A DNA stretch of 64,000 bases from Bugula neritina (Eukaryota; Animalia; Bryozoa). Made by a program: the position numbers and the translations under genes. The stretch is from NCBI GenBank assembly GCA_964035545.1, contig OZ037765.1, positions 27,775,504 through 27,839,503 on the forward strand, read 5' to 3'. This document shows, piece by piece, positions 25,083 through 60,900 of this stretch; the first letter of the stretch is position 1; every line of letters starts with the position of its first letter. A model generated the notes under the pieces. The model did no database searches and was not told where the DNA came from. It was given only the letters and a program-made list of their open reading frames with translations.

Positions 25083-28000
25083 TTACATTAAAAATCTAGT
25101 TCGTTTTCGAAAAGGCGAGTCACTGTTCAAGTCAAGACCATCATTAGAACGTTTCCTTGATTCATTGTGCCTAGACAAACCGTCCATGATTAAACAGTTT
25201 AATTCTTCAGATTTAGTTTTGGCAGCAGAGGAATATCCCATACTAACACTTGACATAGCACCATTTAGCCCTATAAAACAGGTAAATATGTATGCACTAT
25301 ATGTACACAGAGCAATTCACACATCTACTTGCGGCAGTTTTATAAAATAAATACTCTTCACATAATATCCATTTTATAATGAAACATAATATTGGTTGTT
25401 TCCCACAAGCTGTGGCATGCTTTACAAAGAAATATCTGTATGTATAACCATAAGCATTACGTGGTAGAATCAGACAACTTCTTGGGTTTAGTAATGCTCT
25501 GATTGCATGGAATAAACATACAAACCTTGTATAGCAAGAGCATTTTGGAAAGGTGTTAAATCAGGCACAGCATCTACTCTAGATGCAGAACTCAGAGGAG
25601 ATCCTTTATCAGAATGTGACCGAGAACCAATTCTAGATCTGGGTGGAGAATGTCTCTGCGATTTAACAGGTGCAGGTTTGCCACAGATGAAAGCTATCAG
25701 CTCATCTCGGCGCACACTCCTGCGCTTCTTTTTTGCCCATGTCAATATATCTCTAATTTTTTTATTGTAACCTATTTGCAAGCCTCTCTCATATGCCTTT
25801 TTCTGAATATCTATAGCTTCTGAAATTGAAATTAGATGCTTAAGATTAGTATTCATACACCATTCCCATTGTCATTAGTCTTAAGTACATACACTTGGCA
25901 CTATACCTAGAACAGGGCATGTTGAGGAAGATTATGTAGAGAAATGCATCAAGATGTTTTGATAGTCATATAGATGGAAACTGTATGGTAATATTCACAT
26001 GCAGAATATTTTAATAAAATAATTTATTTTAGATGTATTTTGCCTAATGTTTATTCTAGCTGTAGTAAGCTGCAGCTACATGACCTCACGTATGCAACTT
26101 CTAGTTATAAAACTAGCTTATCAAACCCTTTGCGTGTCAGGGTGGAGACACAAACTTTATGGTGCACTTGCTCGGAATTATCACAACTGCAGCCTACACA
26201 ACTTTGCAAATAGTCTACAACTGTGCATACAATATACCAATCAAAATTGAGATCATTTTCGGCAGTTTATACAACCACTACTCATTATTCACAGGTAGTT
26301 TGGTCGTGCTTGCAAGAGTTCAAATGTTGCAATTACTGTGGAAGAAATTATTTTCAACAGAGAGCTAGTTTCAACAGGCAACTTGGAATCTAAATCCAGT
26401 TTGAGTGATGGCAAGATTATAGCATAGTCTGAATTACCGCATTTGGCACTGGATGCATTGGGGGGAGGGGGGGGGGGCAGGCCTGCACCCCTTGGCTGTT
26501 TTTCATGAGTTGCTTTTTCCATTGTTAAGTATTTTGCCAAAATAAACTCTTACTGCGATTATAAACAGGCAATACAAGTCTTGATAGTTTTAGCAAAGAC
26601 TGCTACAAAATAGTGGATAAGGGTGGCTCTACACTGCTAATAAATGATATATGGGTTCAAAGCCCTTTGGCATGTGATTTTCTAGATACAATAGCATGTA
26701 GCTGGAAATAATATGTTTCCATTCACTCTAAATTGGCTATTAGATAGTAAAACATCTATCAAACATTATAAAATAAAAAAGATGCAAATTAATGTTTATT
26801 TATGCAGTACAGTCCTTCACAAAATTTACAAGTTTTCAAGTAGTCCTTAAGCTCAAACAGGTGGCACTTCTGTCATAATACATATGCATTCATTATTTAT
26901 GCTTTTCCGAGTATTCAAATAATTCAGGTCTAACTATCCTAAATAGTTTTACAGTTATCTATACAATAGTGCCTCTTGAAACCATGATATTTCAATAAGT
27001 TTGACAGCAGAATAGCAATCACACCTTATACTCCTAACTAGAGTGCAACAAATAGTTAAACATTTTCTGCAGCCTCTTGCATTAGAGAAATTGAGGTCTA
27101 CTGAAGTTACCTGGCATAAAGATATATGCACGAAGAAAAGATTTTCTTTGTACAGAGGGAAAAGGTGTTTTATGAATGAATTGTATCAAGTTGCATAATT
27201 TTTGAATTTTTAAATGGTTCAGCCTGTAGCTTCATTTTTTTGCAGTGTGCAATCCCAAGGTTAGTGAGAATCTGTGAGTTTTAGGCAATGAAACTATTTG
27301 TAACATCCTTAATGTTTGTGAAACAAGTACATTCAATCCATCTAGCCAGCTCAGATTGAAATTACCAATAAAGAAAAAATTAACTTAAAATACGTTAAAA
27401 TTTTAATTAATCAATGCGTCAAAAATAATCCGTTAAACTATCACAAATATACTAGTAACTAGTATGATTATTTTATTTGTGATCTTTAGAGAGCATGCTT
27501 TATTAATGGAATTCGCAATTCTTATGCAACATAACTATGCACTAAAAATACCACTCAAAATACTAGCTCATACAACCTTGACAATATTGCTGTGCTTGGC
27601 TGACAGCAAGAAGTCTTCTGTTAAATTAGTGCATCTAATAAAACCTTATGCTGTCAATAAAACTATTGAGATATTTAACTTCTCCCATTGCAGCTTGTCT
27701 AATCATTATATAAAGCTAAGTGCAGGTATGCTCAGTTGGTCACCATTTCAACCTACACTCCAATGAATAAAAATATGCCAATGAAATTAGGAAACTAGTA
27801 GGATATATTTAGGTTGTGGGTTCAGGCAACACCTTAATTATTATCATACAACCTGTAGAAATAAATGTCTTTCAAATGAAATAATTGAACAACTACAAGC
27901 TAAACAAACTACTTTTTGATTGAGCTAAAAATTGGGCTAAAAATCAGCATAAATAAGTTAACGCGGCAGTAAAAGTTTCCATACCTTTGTATAAATCTGT

Positions 28001-29493
28001 TACAGCACCAGCAGCATTTTGAAAAGGAATCCAGCAATTTTCTTCTTGTAAACAATCTACCATAAGTGAAATGTTTTAAAAGACTTTTTTATTGTATGAA
28101 TATAACTTGAAAAAAATCATTATTTATGACATTATTGCAAGCTATAAAATAATAAGCATCAACATAATCTTCATATTTGTTAGATCGCTTGAATGTGTTA
28201 GTATCACAGCACATTTTGACACAGAAGACACCTAACATATACTAAACACAAATATTAAATTTTCATCATCAGCTAAGAGCAAATATTTTCAATTTCAACA
28301 AATTAACTTTGTCATGCAAAGGTGAGTGTTATTGTTGCAGTTGATTGTTATAGAGTCAAAGCGAAAATATAATTTATTTCATTTAATTATTATTATTATT
28401 TATTTCTGTCGCTATTATTACTATAATGAAACTTGACTATTGGAAACAATATCAATAGCATGTATTATTAAAATTAGAATGACTATTAATTAGTGCTGTT
28501 TCAGCTAAAGTTGTGCATTATAGTTACTGGCTTATTTATATCCAACAATTAGTGAACTTTTACTAGAAGACAAAACGCAGCTACAGTAATATTTATTTAA
28601 TTACTAAGCCTGGTGCCATTAGATTTAGTAGACATGAAAATACATATATTGCTTGCAATATATATGTCTGGTACTATCTTAGTACATATCTTGCTTGTGG
28701 AGAAAATGCTGAGCATTTGCCCACCAACATAGATGGTAAACACGGAAAACACCCTAAAATTGTTAAACAACATCGTTATGAGTTTGACTTTATTATTAAC
28801 TAAATTTTGTAGTCATCATTTATTTTAATCATTATCATTATACATTATGATTATGCAAACCAACCCTATTCCTTTAACTATCACTATATCTATTGGCATT
28901 GCTGCGTCCAACAGCTAAAAATTAAGTTCGTCATTGCTACTAGTACTAGTAGTAAAAACACATTTACTTTTAGTTTCAAGTTCAGTTTTAGTTTTACCAT
29001 CATTATGAATCATACTGTTAGTACTACTAAGGTCTAAGAGTATTAGTATTACTATTCGTGTAGATCAAGATGACTATGGGTATGGGCATGGCTATGCCTA
29101 AAGCAGTACTGATGATGATACTCATAGTAATAGTCAACTCCATACTGTTAATTTTAGACTCTTAATGATAGTCATGATTGGTTTTGATAACCAAACTTGT
29201 AGTTTTATTGATAATTTAAATTAATAATTAATATTAAATTTAATAAATTTAAATTGAACTTTGAACATGTAATTTAAATTGAGACTTAACAGACCTTTAA
29301 ATAAATTTGCGACAGCTGAAGCTGACGTTTGAAATGATGCCCATAACTGCTGAGCAGCTATTTCTTGGTCTAATTTCGATTGTTGGTCAAAAGCTTCACG
29401 TTCATCTGAAATCTCCTCAATTATTTGATCTTCCCATGATCGACCCCAAGAATTATCTGCTAATGAATCAGTATCATCAAGACTATGATCCAT
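25083..29493 (-). CDS. HAPSTR1: HUWE1-associated protein modifying stress responses (C16orf72/UPF0472); exons 29493-29295, 28056-27985, 25819-25526, 25270-25083
   Basis: WEDQIIEE...QQLWASFQTSASAVANLFK / WIPFQNAAGAVTDLYK / GLQIGYNKKIRDILTWAKKKRRSVRRDELIAFICGKP / DLTPFQNALAIQGLNGAMSSVS / basic C-terminus DSPFRKRTRFLM*, all matching recalled HAPSTR1. All three introns are phase 1, GT-AG. Confidence 0.93.
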
Positions 29494-30181
29494 TAGAAAA
29501 AAATGTCATAGAAAAAAATAAATATATAATAGACAGCAGCTTATTAAACCAATTTCCTGCAAGTATTATATGAAACAAAACAGATTGCCGTATAGGAAAT
29601 TTTGCAATTTTATAAAATGGCAACGGTCGGAAGTGGCTCCTGTTATTGATCATGCATTGTTTTCTGGGTAACTGGCAATGCTGTCCAACGAAAATATGTT
29701 TTTTTTTATAATTTTAAATTTATTTGGTTTAAACAAATTGAAAATAAATAAATAAATATTTCTCAAAATGTTCGATTTTTCAATGTACCATTTTGACAAT
29801 ATCACGATGCAAATCCATATCATTGGTGCCCTAATCATGCAATCGAAAAGTCGCCATGTTGAGTAAATAAAATGAGATTTTACTATCTGTGACAATTTAA
29901 ATTCACTTACACTTCCGACTGCAACGAAAAATATTTTTAATTTTGATCCTCTTGATGTTGCAGTGCTCCAAGAAATTGGAGCTTAAAGCTTCGCCATTGG
30001 TCGAATACCAAGCAGACCCTCCAAAGCTGTTTCTGGGCCAGGAGTTGTTGGTGGACCCAAACAGCAGGGTCACGCAGCTCTGAACTTGACTGAAAACCAA
30101 GTTCAATCACAAAAGAAAGCCAACAATAACAGAAACACTCTGCCCTTCACCCATACTGTGTCCAACCAAAGGAACACCAAT
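29494..30181. promoter_or_regulatory. Bidirectional promoter and 5' UTR region shared by HAPSTR1 and USP7
   Basis: Divergent ATGs 688 bp apart. Inverted pair of GTCGGAAGTG ETS-type sites (29626-29635 +, 29910-29919 -). YY1-like AAAATGGC (29614-29621) and CGCCATGTT (29852-29860). Confidence 0.7.
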
Positions 30182-42166
<11,985 letters not shown>

Positions 42167-44027
42167 TCATGTTTTATGTTCACAGTTGTCCATTTTTGCA
42201 AACTGCCCTCTAGTGGTGGTTTGAGGCGGCTGCGTGATTTAGTCAACACTAATGTAATATCAATCTCTTTGAACTCAAAAAATATTAACTTGAACATGCA
42301 GTTCTTAGGTAACTAGATTGGCACGTAATTTATCAAAACTTTAGATTTGGTATATATTGTTATAATTATGTGCTTCAATACTGCATGTAAGGCAAGTAAA
42401 ATATTATTACACATTGTTCTGATTTTGTGTTGAATAATGCTAAATATATGTCCTCTATTCTCTTGGCAATTAAATCAACTTACTTTAATCAATGCAGAGC
42501 TTCTTAATTGTATGTTTTTTTTTTCTATCATTTTGCCTTGCATTCGAATTCCCTCATGTTGATGTTATGTATGATGGAGTATTGGTTGTTCTATGTTAAA
42601 ATTGATAGGTGGTAAATAAAGTCGCACTGTATTTTTACCATGTGGTGTTATTTATATTGTTATTTGTTTATTGTTCAATCATAAAAATGTCATACTTATT
42701 TTTGTGAATACACTTCATAACTTAAGGATTTCCTTCGAATAGAAAGCTTGCTACGATATGAAATATTTCAGCATAATTTATTATTTTTATGAAATTGTTC
42801 ATGAGAAAGAGCCATTCTTGAACTTGATAAACTAAGATTTCAGTATGTACACATAATTTCAAAGCAAGTGACTATGGTCTCAAACAATATAATTAGTATG
42901 TAACCTACAAAAAATGTACATATGTGTAGATATAATTTCATAGTGTTACAAAACATTTTTTATGATATGAAGCTGTCTTAAATTTTTATAATCGATGTAC
43001 TAAAATTATATAAATATATGGCATCATTAAAATAATGTTAATATCAAAGAGTCTCGCCTACAAAATTTCCTGAGCAGTGAGAGAGACTTGTGTAGCATTA
43101 ACTCTGATGGTAAACAGAATTGTGTATAGAGTTAGGAGTAGTGCTAATATTGATGCAGAAATGGCTATAGTAAAATATGAATTTATACTTACAAATGCAA
43201 TCAGGGTCAAATTTTAAACTTAGTGTTGCTCCTCAACATAAAACACTAATTCATTTGCCAAAAACCTGTACATAGAGAGTTGTCTGTTCAAATGTAACGT
43301 TTGCTTATGCATTGAAGCACCATAACCTAGTAAATGTGGTAAACAGCTAGCAGCTGTTTTCAAATAATAACTGGCACTTGCAACTGGTTAGTTATTATTG
43401 TTATTAATGTACTCATTTAGGTTTTGTATGTTTTAAAAATAAGATTCATAATAGCTTTGCACTTTTATCCCTCCTTGTGCTGTATTGTAAAGAAATATAA
43501 ATCATATTTAGCCAAACATTGCTATATGGAATAATATGAAGTTTTTTTCATTACATCTGGTCAACCAACTCTAAGCAATCATTAGTAATAACCAAACTTC
43601 TCTATTGATTATAAATTTGCTAAAATGAATAATTACTATTTCTTTGAAGTTTGAGCCAAGTTATAAGCAATGACATTGTCAAAATTGTTTTCTAAAGTGC
43701 AACTTATTATATTTACCATGGTTTACATAGATGTAATACGGTGTGGATTATGCAAAATTCTTAATAAACTGGTCAATGAATGCTATTTGGTATTCATTGA
43801 TATTAATTGCAAGCTACATGACTAACACAATATTATATGCTCAGTAGCTTAAAGTCTAACGGCTGTAACAGAATATCCAGTGTATTCGGAGTATATGAAG
43901 TGAGCACGGCAAGTTAAGAATACAGTTGGTGACTCTTGCTCATTGAACCAGCACAACCTACAGTTCACCACAGTATGGTAGTGATAACGATATTCTACTA
44001 GTCTATAATAATATATATTTCGTGACT

Positions 44028-44035
44028 TGACGTCA
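44028..44035. promoter_or_regulatory. Perfect CRE palindrome TGACGTCA about 125 bp upstream of the I-BAR gene ATG
   Basis: Exact CREB/ATF consensus in a locally CpG-containing stretch. Confidence 0.35.
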
Positions 44036-44158
44036 CACAATGGGATCATGAAGCAACACCTAGCGCACACTGTTAATAGTTACTGAAGTTCACTGTCACG
44101 TTGGTCTTGTTATAACCATGATATGTTATTCCAACTGAGACGGCTAACTGGGTAAACA

Positions 44159-54369
<10,211 letters not shown>

Positions 54370-54913
54370 GATTTTGCATCTGTGGAAGCTTATGCTATGT
54401 TTACAAAGGAAACTGGTATATGACCTTAACGTTATGGTTTCTAGTGCCTGATGTCAGAATAAAAATATTGCAGGACTCTTGCAGATGTGGTAGTCAACTA
54501 GAAATAACTGACATTTTAACATCATATTCACCATACATGCATCATTATACGAAACTGTAGCAACTTTCAACTATGAGTTACGTTTATTTACTTTTATTTT
54601 TCTGTTTATTTTGGATGATTGTTTTTTTATTCTCCTTTATTTTTATATCTTATATGTAACAGCTGCTTGTCTCTGCTAGAAATGAATATGAATAAATCCA
54701 TAAATAACCAATTAATAAAAAAAACTCACTATTTACAAAACTATGTATATATCTGAATTTATTTTATACAATAAAAAATATTATAAAATTGCTTTAGCTG
54801 TCAACAATCAACTACAACCATTTCACCATTCTGCTATACACAATGTCAGGCACACAGTAGTTTAACTTTTTATAAATTATTACAACTCACATTAGATTCT
54901 TGAATTTCATAAA

Positions 54914-57900
54914 ATGTATTCTAGTGTTATGAATGCTGTAGCTTTCTTGCTGCTGCTGTTACAACATCTTTTTGTGAATAATATTAAGTCTCAAAACATC
55001 ACTGTCATGTCAAGGTCACTGGTATATTGTACACATAGTGGAGATCAAGAATGCTCTGTCCAGTTGGCAATAATAATCAATATTTTCAACTGGACTAAAG
55101 TAAGTGACAATGTTATGATTATAAGCTATGATTTTATATGTGATTTGAATAGCCATTTTTAGTAGCGATATATTATTACTACGTTCATTAAAAGAGCAGG
55201 TGGAAATAATTATAATATATTTATAATTTCTTATAATGTGCAATATAAATGCATATATCACACTATGGTGCTGGTAAATTGTTTGTATAATAAAAAACTA
55301 GATTGAAAGTTTTCTGCTTACAGTTGAATTCTTCATGAAGTTTCATAATGCATGGGCAGTTTTCACTGGGCATTGCTGCACTATTATTTAAATATCAATT
55401 ATATAACCCACATGCAAATTACAAATTTATCTTCTGTTAAGCAGTTTGGTTGTACATAGGCTTGATCTTAACATTTTATTCCTGAAACTATAGTCGCCTG
55501 ATAGATGCTGCTGTGCCATAAGATTCACACATATTTCTTTGCTTCTTGTTTATAGATATTTTTTTGGTATGTGTTGAAATAAAATGAACTAAATTCAACT
55601 CAACAAGTCCAGTAAAAGGAAACATAGTCACAAATTGATTTTATAGTTTGAGAATTTAGTACATAATAAGACTGTAATTATTTATATAATCGTATGTTAG
55701 GTGATATTTTGTTTATTTTCCAAGTAAACTAGTAAGATGGCAACTTTTGATGTCTACTGCTCAAGGTAATTACATACATGTGTACAGAATTAAAGCCACG
55801 ATGTAAAATAACTTTAGATACAAAGCCATGCAATATCTGTTGATCATATAATGGAGAATGGCAGAAGAGTGAAAATTTCCCCTCCACTAGAAATAGCCAT
55901 TAAACCTGAAATCGGCACAATTACACACGACATGTATAAGCTAGGCCAAGTGAACGCAGGACCTGAGATAACAGAAATTGATAGCTATTCCTGTTCAAAC
56001 ATTTCTCAGAAAATGAAAACATCCTGTTTTTGCTGCTCTAAACCCAAACTGCTACAGGAAGCTGATAATAGTAGGTCAGCAGCAAAAGTGAAATGTATCT
56101 ATGACAGCAATACATGGTACAACCTTTACGCTGCTGGAAAAACTTATGTAGACCAAAATCTAACCGGTGAGTTATCAGCAGTAAGTGGTGAGGAAGGGTG
56201 GTTTGCTAGCACTGCCAGTATATAAGTTAAATCTAATAAACATAGTTTATTGATAATATTATATTGTTGTGGCAGTAATAGTGTTACTTCTTCTGAAATA
56301 TAACTGGGTGTCATGGTATGTCCAAATTTATGTTTTGTTGGAATAGTACTGATTAATAGACTATTTTGAAACTGTTTGTTAAGAGTTATGTTCTCCTTAA
56401 AAAGTAGCAAACTTGGCATAAAGTACTATTACAACAGAATAGAAACCTAAAATGATAATATCGAAATCATTTTAAAACACTAAGGGATGGTGTAGTGGTA
56501 TAGCAAATTAAAAACAGGCATAATGCTTAAAATTCAACAGCTGAGTACAGTTGGATGAATGATTTTGTATGTTATGCTGTTGTGTAACTAGTGGTGATGG
56601 AAAGCTTTCTAATATTATAATATGAGCCATGGGCTATGCAATGTGTCCGAGCATTTTACATTTTCCGTAGCCATAGTCCATAAATCTATACACATAGAAT
56701 AAATATGAATCAGTGTTAGTTGGCGCCAGTATATATATTTTTTACTTCATGCCGTTGTTTATGAAGTTAAAATAAAAACAAATGATATTGTTATTTAACT
56801 GGTTGTATTGTAGTGGACATATTGTGGAGAAAAAGCACATCCTCTAAGTTACAAACAAACAACTTTTTCTTCACTGGAAATCAGAGAGAAAAAGAGTATA
56901 ATGAAGTAGTTGTGAGAAATATAATTCACGCAGAAGATAGTGCGGTAGCTTTGTCGCCAAATTATCGATTACTTGTATCAGAAGGCAAGTGTTGTATTAT
57001 AGCATTGTTGTTATACAAGCTTTTGGAGAAAAGGCTATGAAAAGCTTTCAGTTAAACAGCTAATGTCCTATGTACATCCTGATTTCCCTCTCTCTGTACT
57101 ACTCAACTATAGTTAACATGTTCTGTGCACAATAAACATATTTGTAGCAATCCTATAGCAAGGTCTATGCATATATACAAACTCACTACACTTTGATAAA
57201 CTACTGAAATATTTAACCATATTGATCTTGTTATTGTTTTTTTGTTGTAAAAAATAAGTAATTTGTGATGTATAATTTGTATAATTTGTAAGTTTGTTAG
57301 AGTCTTTTATTAATGTAAAACATGAACACTTTCTGAAGGAATTAGCACAGCTGTAGTCTGCATAAACCATTGCTGTGTTACACACTGTAAGACTAATAAT
57401 CTGTATGCATACACTGTAGATGACAGTGATGGTCAGATGACCACAGGCATGCTAGGAGACAAGGCTTTGATGATTGATAAAAGCAAAATTGACTATACAG
57501 GAAAAACGTGTGCAAAAATTGGAGTGTCAAAGGAAACCATCATAAAGCAAAGAGACTATTGTAGTCCCCTTGTTAGTTGTGTAGAAAACCAAATCAAAGA
57601 TTTGTTGTCAACAGCAAAACTGTCAGTAACTGTTCCCAATTCAAGGTTAACAGGAAACGTTGATAAGAGAAAGTTGACTCGACAAGGCGTGGCAGCAAAT
57701 AGTTTGGAGATTTACTTACCAGCTGAAGGTTATTCAATAACATAATTTCCAGTAGCTACATGTACTTTATAAAGAATGTCCATATCTCCACATTGTTCCA
57801 TAAAACTTGCATTAAACAGCTGTTATGTACCTGTCAACTTTTCCAAGTGTTCTAACATGATTAGTCTGATTAAATAGTAAAGAATATGCAATATTTTATA

Positions 57901-60900
57901 AAATGCTTTACAGCTTTTTGGTGCATGTTTTATTGTAAATAGAATATGTTTTAGATACTCTTTTTCTGTATGATTTCCCTTCAGCTCAAATATCAGATAT
58001 TTGGAGCTACTCGACTAAGAACCAATTCTTCAAAGTACACGTGAGTCATGCTGCTCAACCTGTTTCTTTTTACCTCCACTATTATCCTTCAGAGAACATA
58101 TTTAATTTTTAGTTTATGTAACCTTGTGCGTTACAAACAGCCAGGTTGGTTACAGTAGCTGGTGTAGGCTGGAAGCTGTAGATAATTTAAACAGAACATC
58201 TAAAAAGTATATAGGGAGCAGCCCTGGTCTAGGGGGTTAGAGCGTTTGTTTAGTAAACACGAACCCCTACAAGGCCATTGGTGATGTTAGGAAGAGCATC
58301 CAGTCACAATTGCTCCTGTGCCCCATACGAATAAGTCTTTAGCCCAATTTAACAAAAAAAAACCTTTTTCATCAGGGGTTGCTCACAAGGATGATGACTA
58401 TAACCTTGCGTGAGTTTTTCTTTCATTTAGACAGTGGGTGGTAAACTCTTCATAAAATAACTTCTTTTACAAATAACATTTCTGATAGAAGTTGAAACAT
58501 AATAGATTATGTAACTTGGCTGATTACTAACTGGTTAACTTATTCACATTTAGTAATTAAAAGCATTTAAATAGTTGTTGGCACTTATAAACAAAGATTT
58601 GTTACAGAAGTTTTATACAATTTTAGGTCAAAATATTTCATCCAATGAATACAAGTGAAGAAGTTATGGTAAAAATAAACCATTGTGATAGCCCGAACAT
58701 TATAATGAGACCAGTGATACCACAGCGTGAAGTCCTGACTAGTTACCAAAGCAGGGAGTTTCTGTTTACAATCTCTTACAGGGAAAATCCACCACTTGTT
58801 ATTGATGACATAAAGTGCATTACAACTGTTCAAAACTACCAATCCAAGACAATTGCTAGGCGCAGGTAAAAACTTCAACTCCCTCGCTGTAAGGCTTTGG
58901 TTCAAGATATAAGCTTTGCATTATAGAGTTAATGTCAGTGATTAACTAGACACATACAACTGTTTTTGCCAGTTGAGCAAAGTAAGGACAGCCCAAGATT
59001 TTGAACAATGTCATGGTAAACAATAAAATATTAAATAATGATATTAGCAAAATGTCTATTTTAATTTTCAGTTGTTAATTCAGTTGAAGTGTTGCCTTCA
59101 TGTTATTTACAGATTTGGTCTCAATGTATTGCACGCTGGTCACTGTATAGGACCATGCAAATGTATTTGGCTAAAGAAGTTAAGTTCTAATCGAAAATGC
59201 AAACTGATGGAACTAGAAGAAGTTATAGAAGCTGGCTTTAGAGGAAACAACTATATCACCAATGGCTTTAGTCATTTTAAAGATAAAAAGGTAAACTGCT
59301 TTAATTATAAATATCTTTCATGAAAGAACTTTCTAATATTTTCTGAGTGCTTCATATAAGCAAGTTATTTATAATTAACTCAAATTGTTTTGTCTTGACG
59401 TTTTATTTGTTACATGCAGCTTATTTGTAATTGTAGTTTGTAAATTGTAGGGTTTTTAAAGATGTGGGTCAAATACTGCAGGCTTATTAGGTTGGCTTAT
59501 TAAGTTGAATTATTTATTTTATATAATACAGTATTTATACAGTTAGAATAAGTAAGAGGAGCTCACAATGTAAACAGCTATCATATTATGACATCTTTCA
59601 GAACTGCGTTCAGTTTATTCTCAAACACCCAACATTTTTTAATTGATTTTTAGATAAGCTTGTCAACGATATCAGGAATAGCCCTACTATTTTCATCAAT
59701 GTTAGTTATAGGGTGGATTAAAGCAATTGCTGGACTTTTTCAAAATTGTAACAAAACCAATAAATTTGGCTTATGTCTGTTTACAAGGCATAGTACAAAA
59801 CAAAAAGACTTTGATTGGGTAAATCTTATCAACTTATAATACTATTATAATGTATGTAATTATATATTAGTATACTGTATACAGTTTATGTATATAATTT
59901 AATGCTAAAAGCAATAAATTAGTATAAATAATTAAAGTTCTAACAGTAAAAATATTATCTTAGAACAGTGAACTAACAATTTTGAAGTTTGATAACAAAT
60001 TCTACCAGCAATTTGTATAATATGACTTAACAGCTTTAAAGCTTGAATTGGCCTATTAGTATAAAGACATGTACATCAGTGAAACGCACTTTATTGTATA
60101 GGATGTTAACATAGCTGTGTGAACACATTGTGTAAAGATAAATAATGCCTTTATCCACATTTTTTGTTTTTCTACATTGTAGAACATATTTCTGCAGTGC
60201 AAAAGATTATATGTTGGTTAAACTATCTGAACATCTAGCTTTTTGAGTGCTGATAGCAGAAGAATGATATTTATTAGGTTAATGTTATTACAGGAAGTCG
60301 GTTCTGCCTATGCCAACATCCAAACTCGCCAACCTCCTGGCTTCTCAACCACTCTCAAGTTCTTTCTTATCAACTCCTTGTTTTTGTTTTACCTTCCAAT
60401 TTTCCCACTGCACTACGCAATACTTAAATGTCGATCTTACAATCAGCATGTCCATGGAAAGATTCGGAAACCTGTTTTAACATCAAATGCTGGTCTTGGT
60501 CCAAAAGCAAGAAAAAATTTAAAGCAAATAAATAGTAAGTCATTATAAATAAATCTTGACTTAAAAAACATTTTTAGATATTGTTAATTTTTTTTTGTCG
60601 TTGTGACATTATATAATTTGTCTTAAGTTTATTTACTGCATCCTCACACCTTTCAACAGCCAATTTGTCAGCAAACGATAACTCTGAAAAGCGCGAAAGG
60701 GATTGGATGGAAGATATGCTAATATTTGGAAAATCAGAATCTAAACCAGTTAAGGGTTTTAGCCAAGAAACATCTCCAGCTGTGCTTGAAGTCACCAGCA
60801 CAATCTCTAGCAGTCCATCACTGGGTCAAAGTTCGTCAAGCAATAATTTATTCTTTGGCAAGAAACATGTTTCAGAAAATACCCAGAGAAATATTAGTGA

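Noticed and set aside
26289-26540. Pro-rich 83-aa ORF in HAPSTR1 intron
   Set aside because: The Pro run comes from a G-tract, and HAPSTR1 exons 2 and 3 join cleanly without it.
56167-56225. Extending HAP2 exon 2 to the GTAAGT at 56181 to gain more loop sequence
   Set aside because: That donor is phase 0 and leads to a stop in the next exon; only ACCG|GTGAGT (phase 1) keeps the frame.
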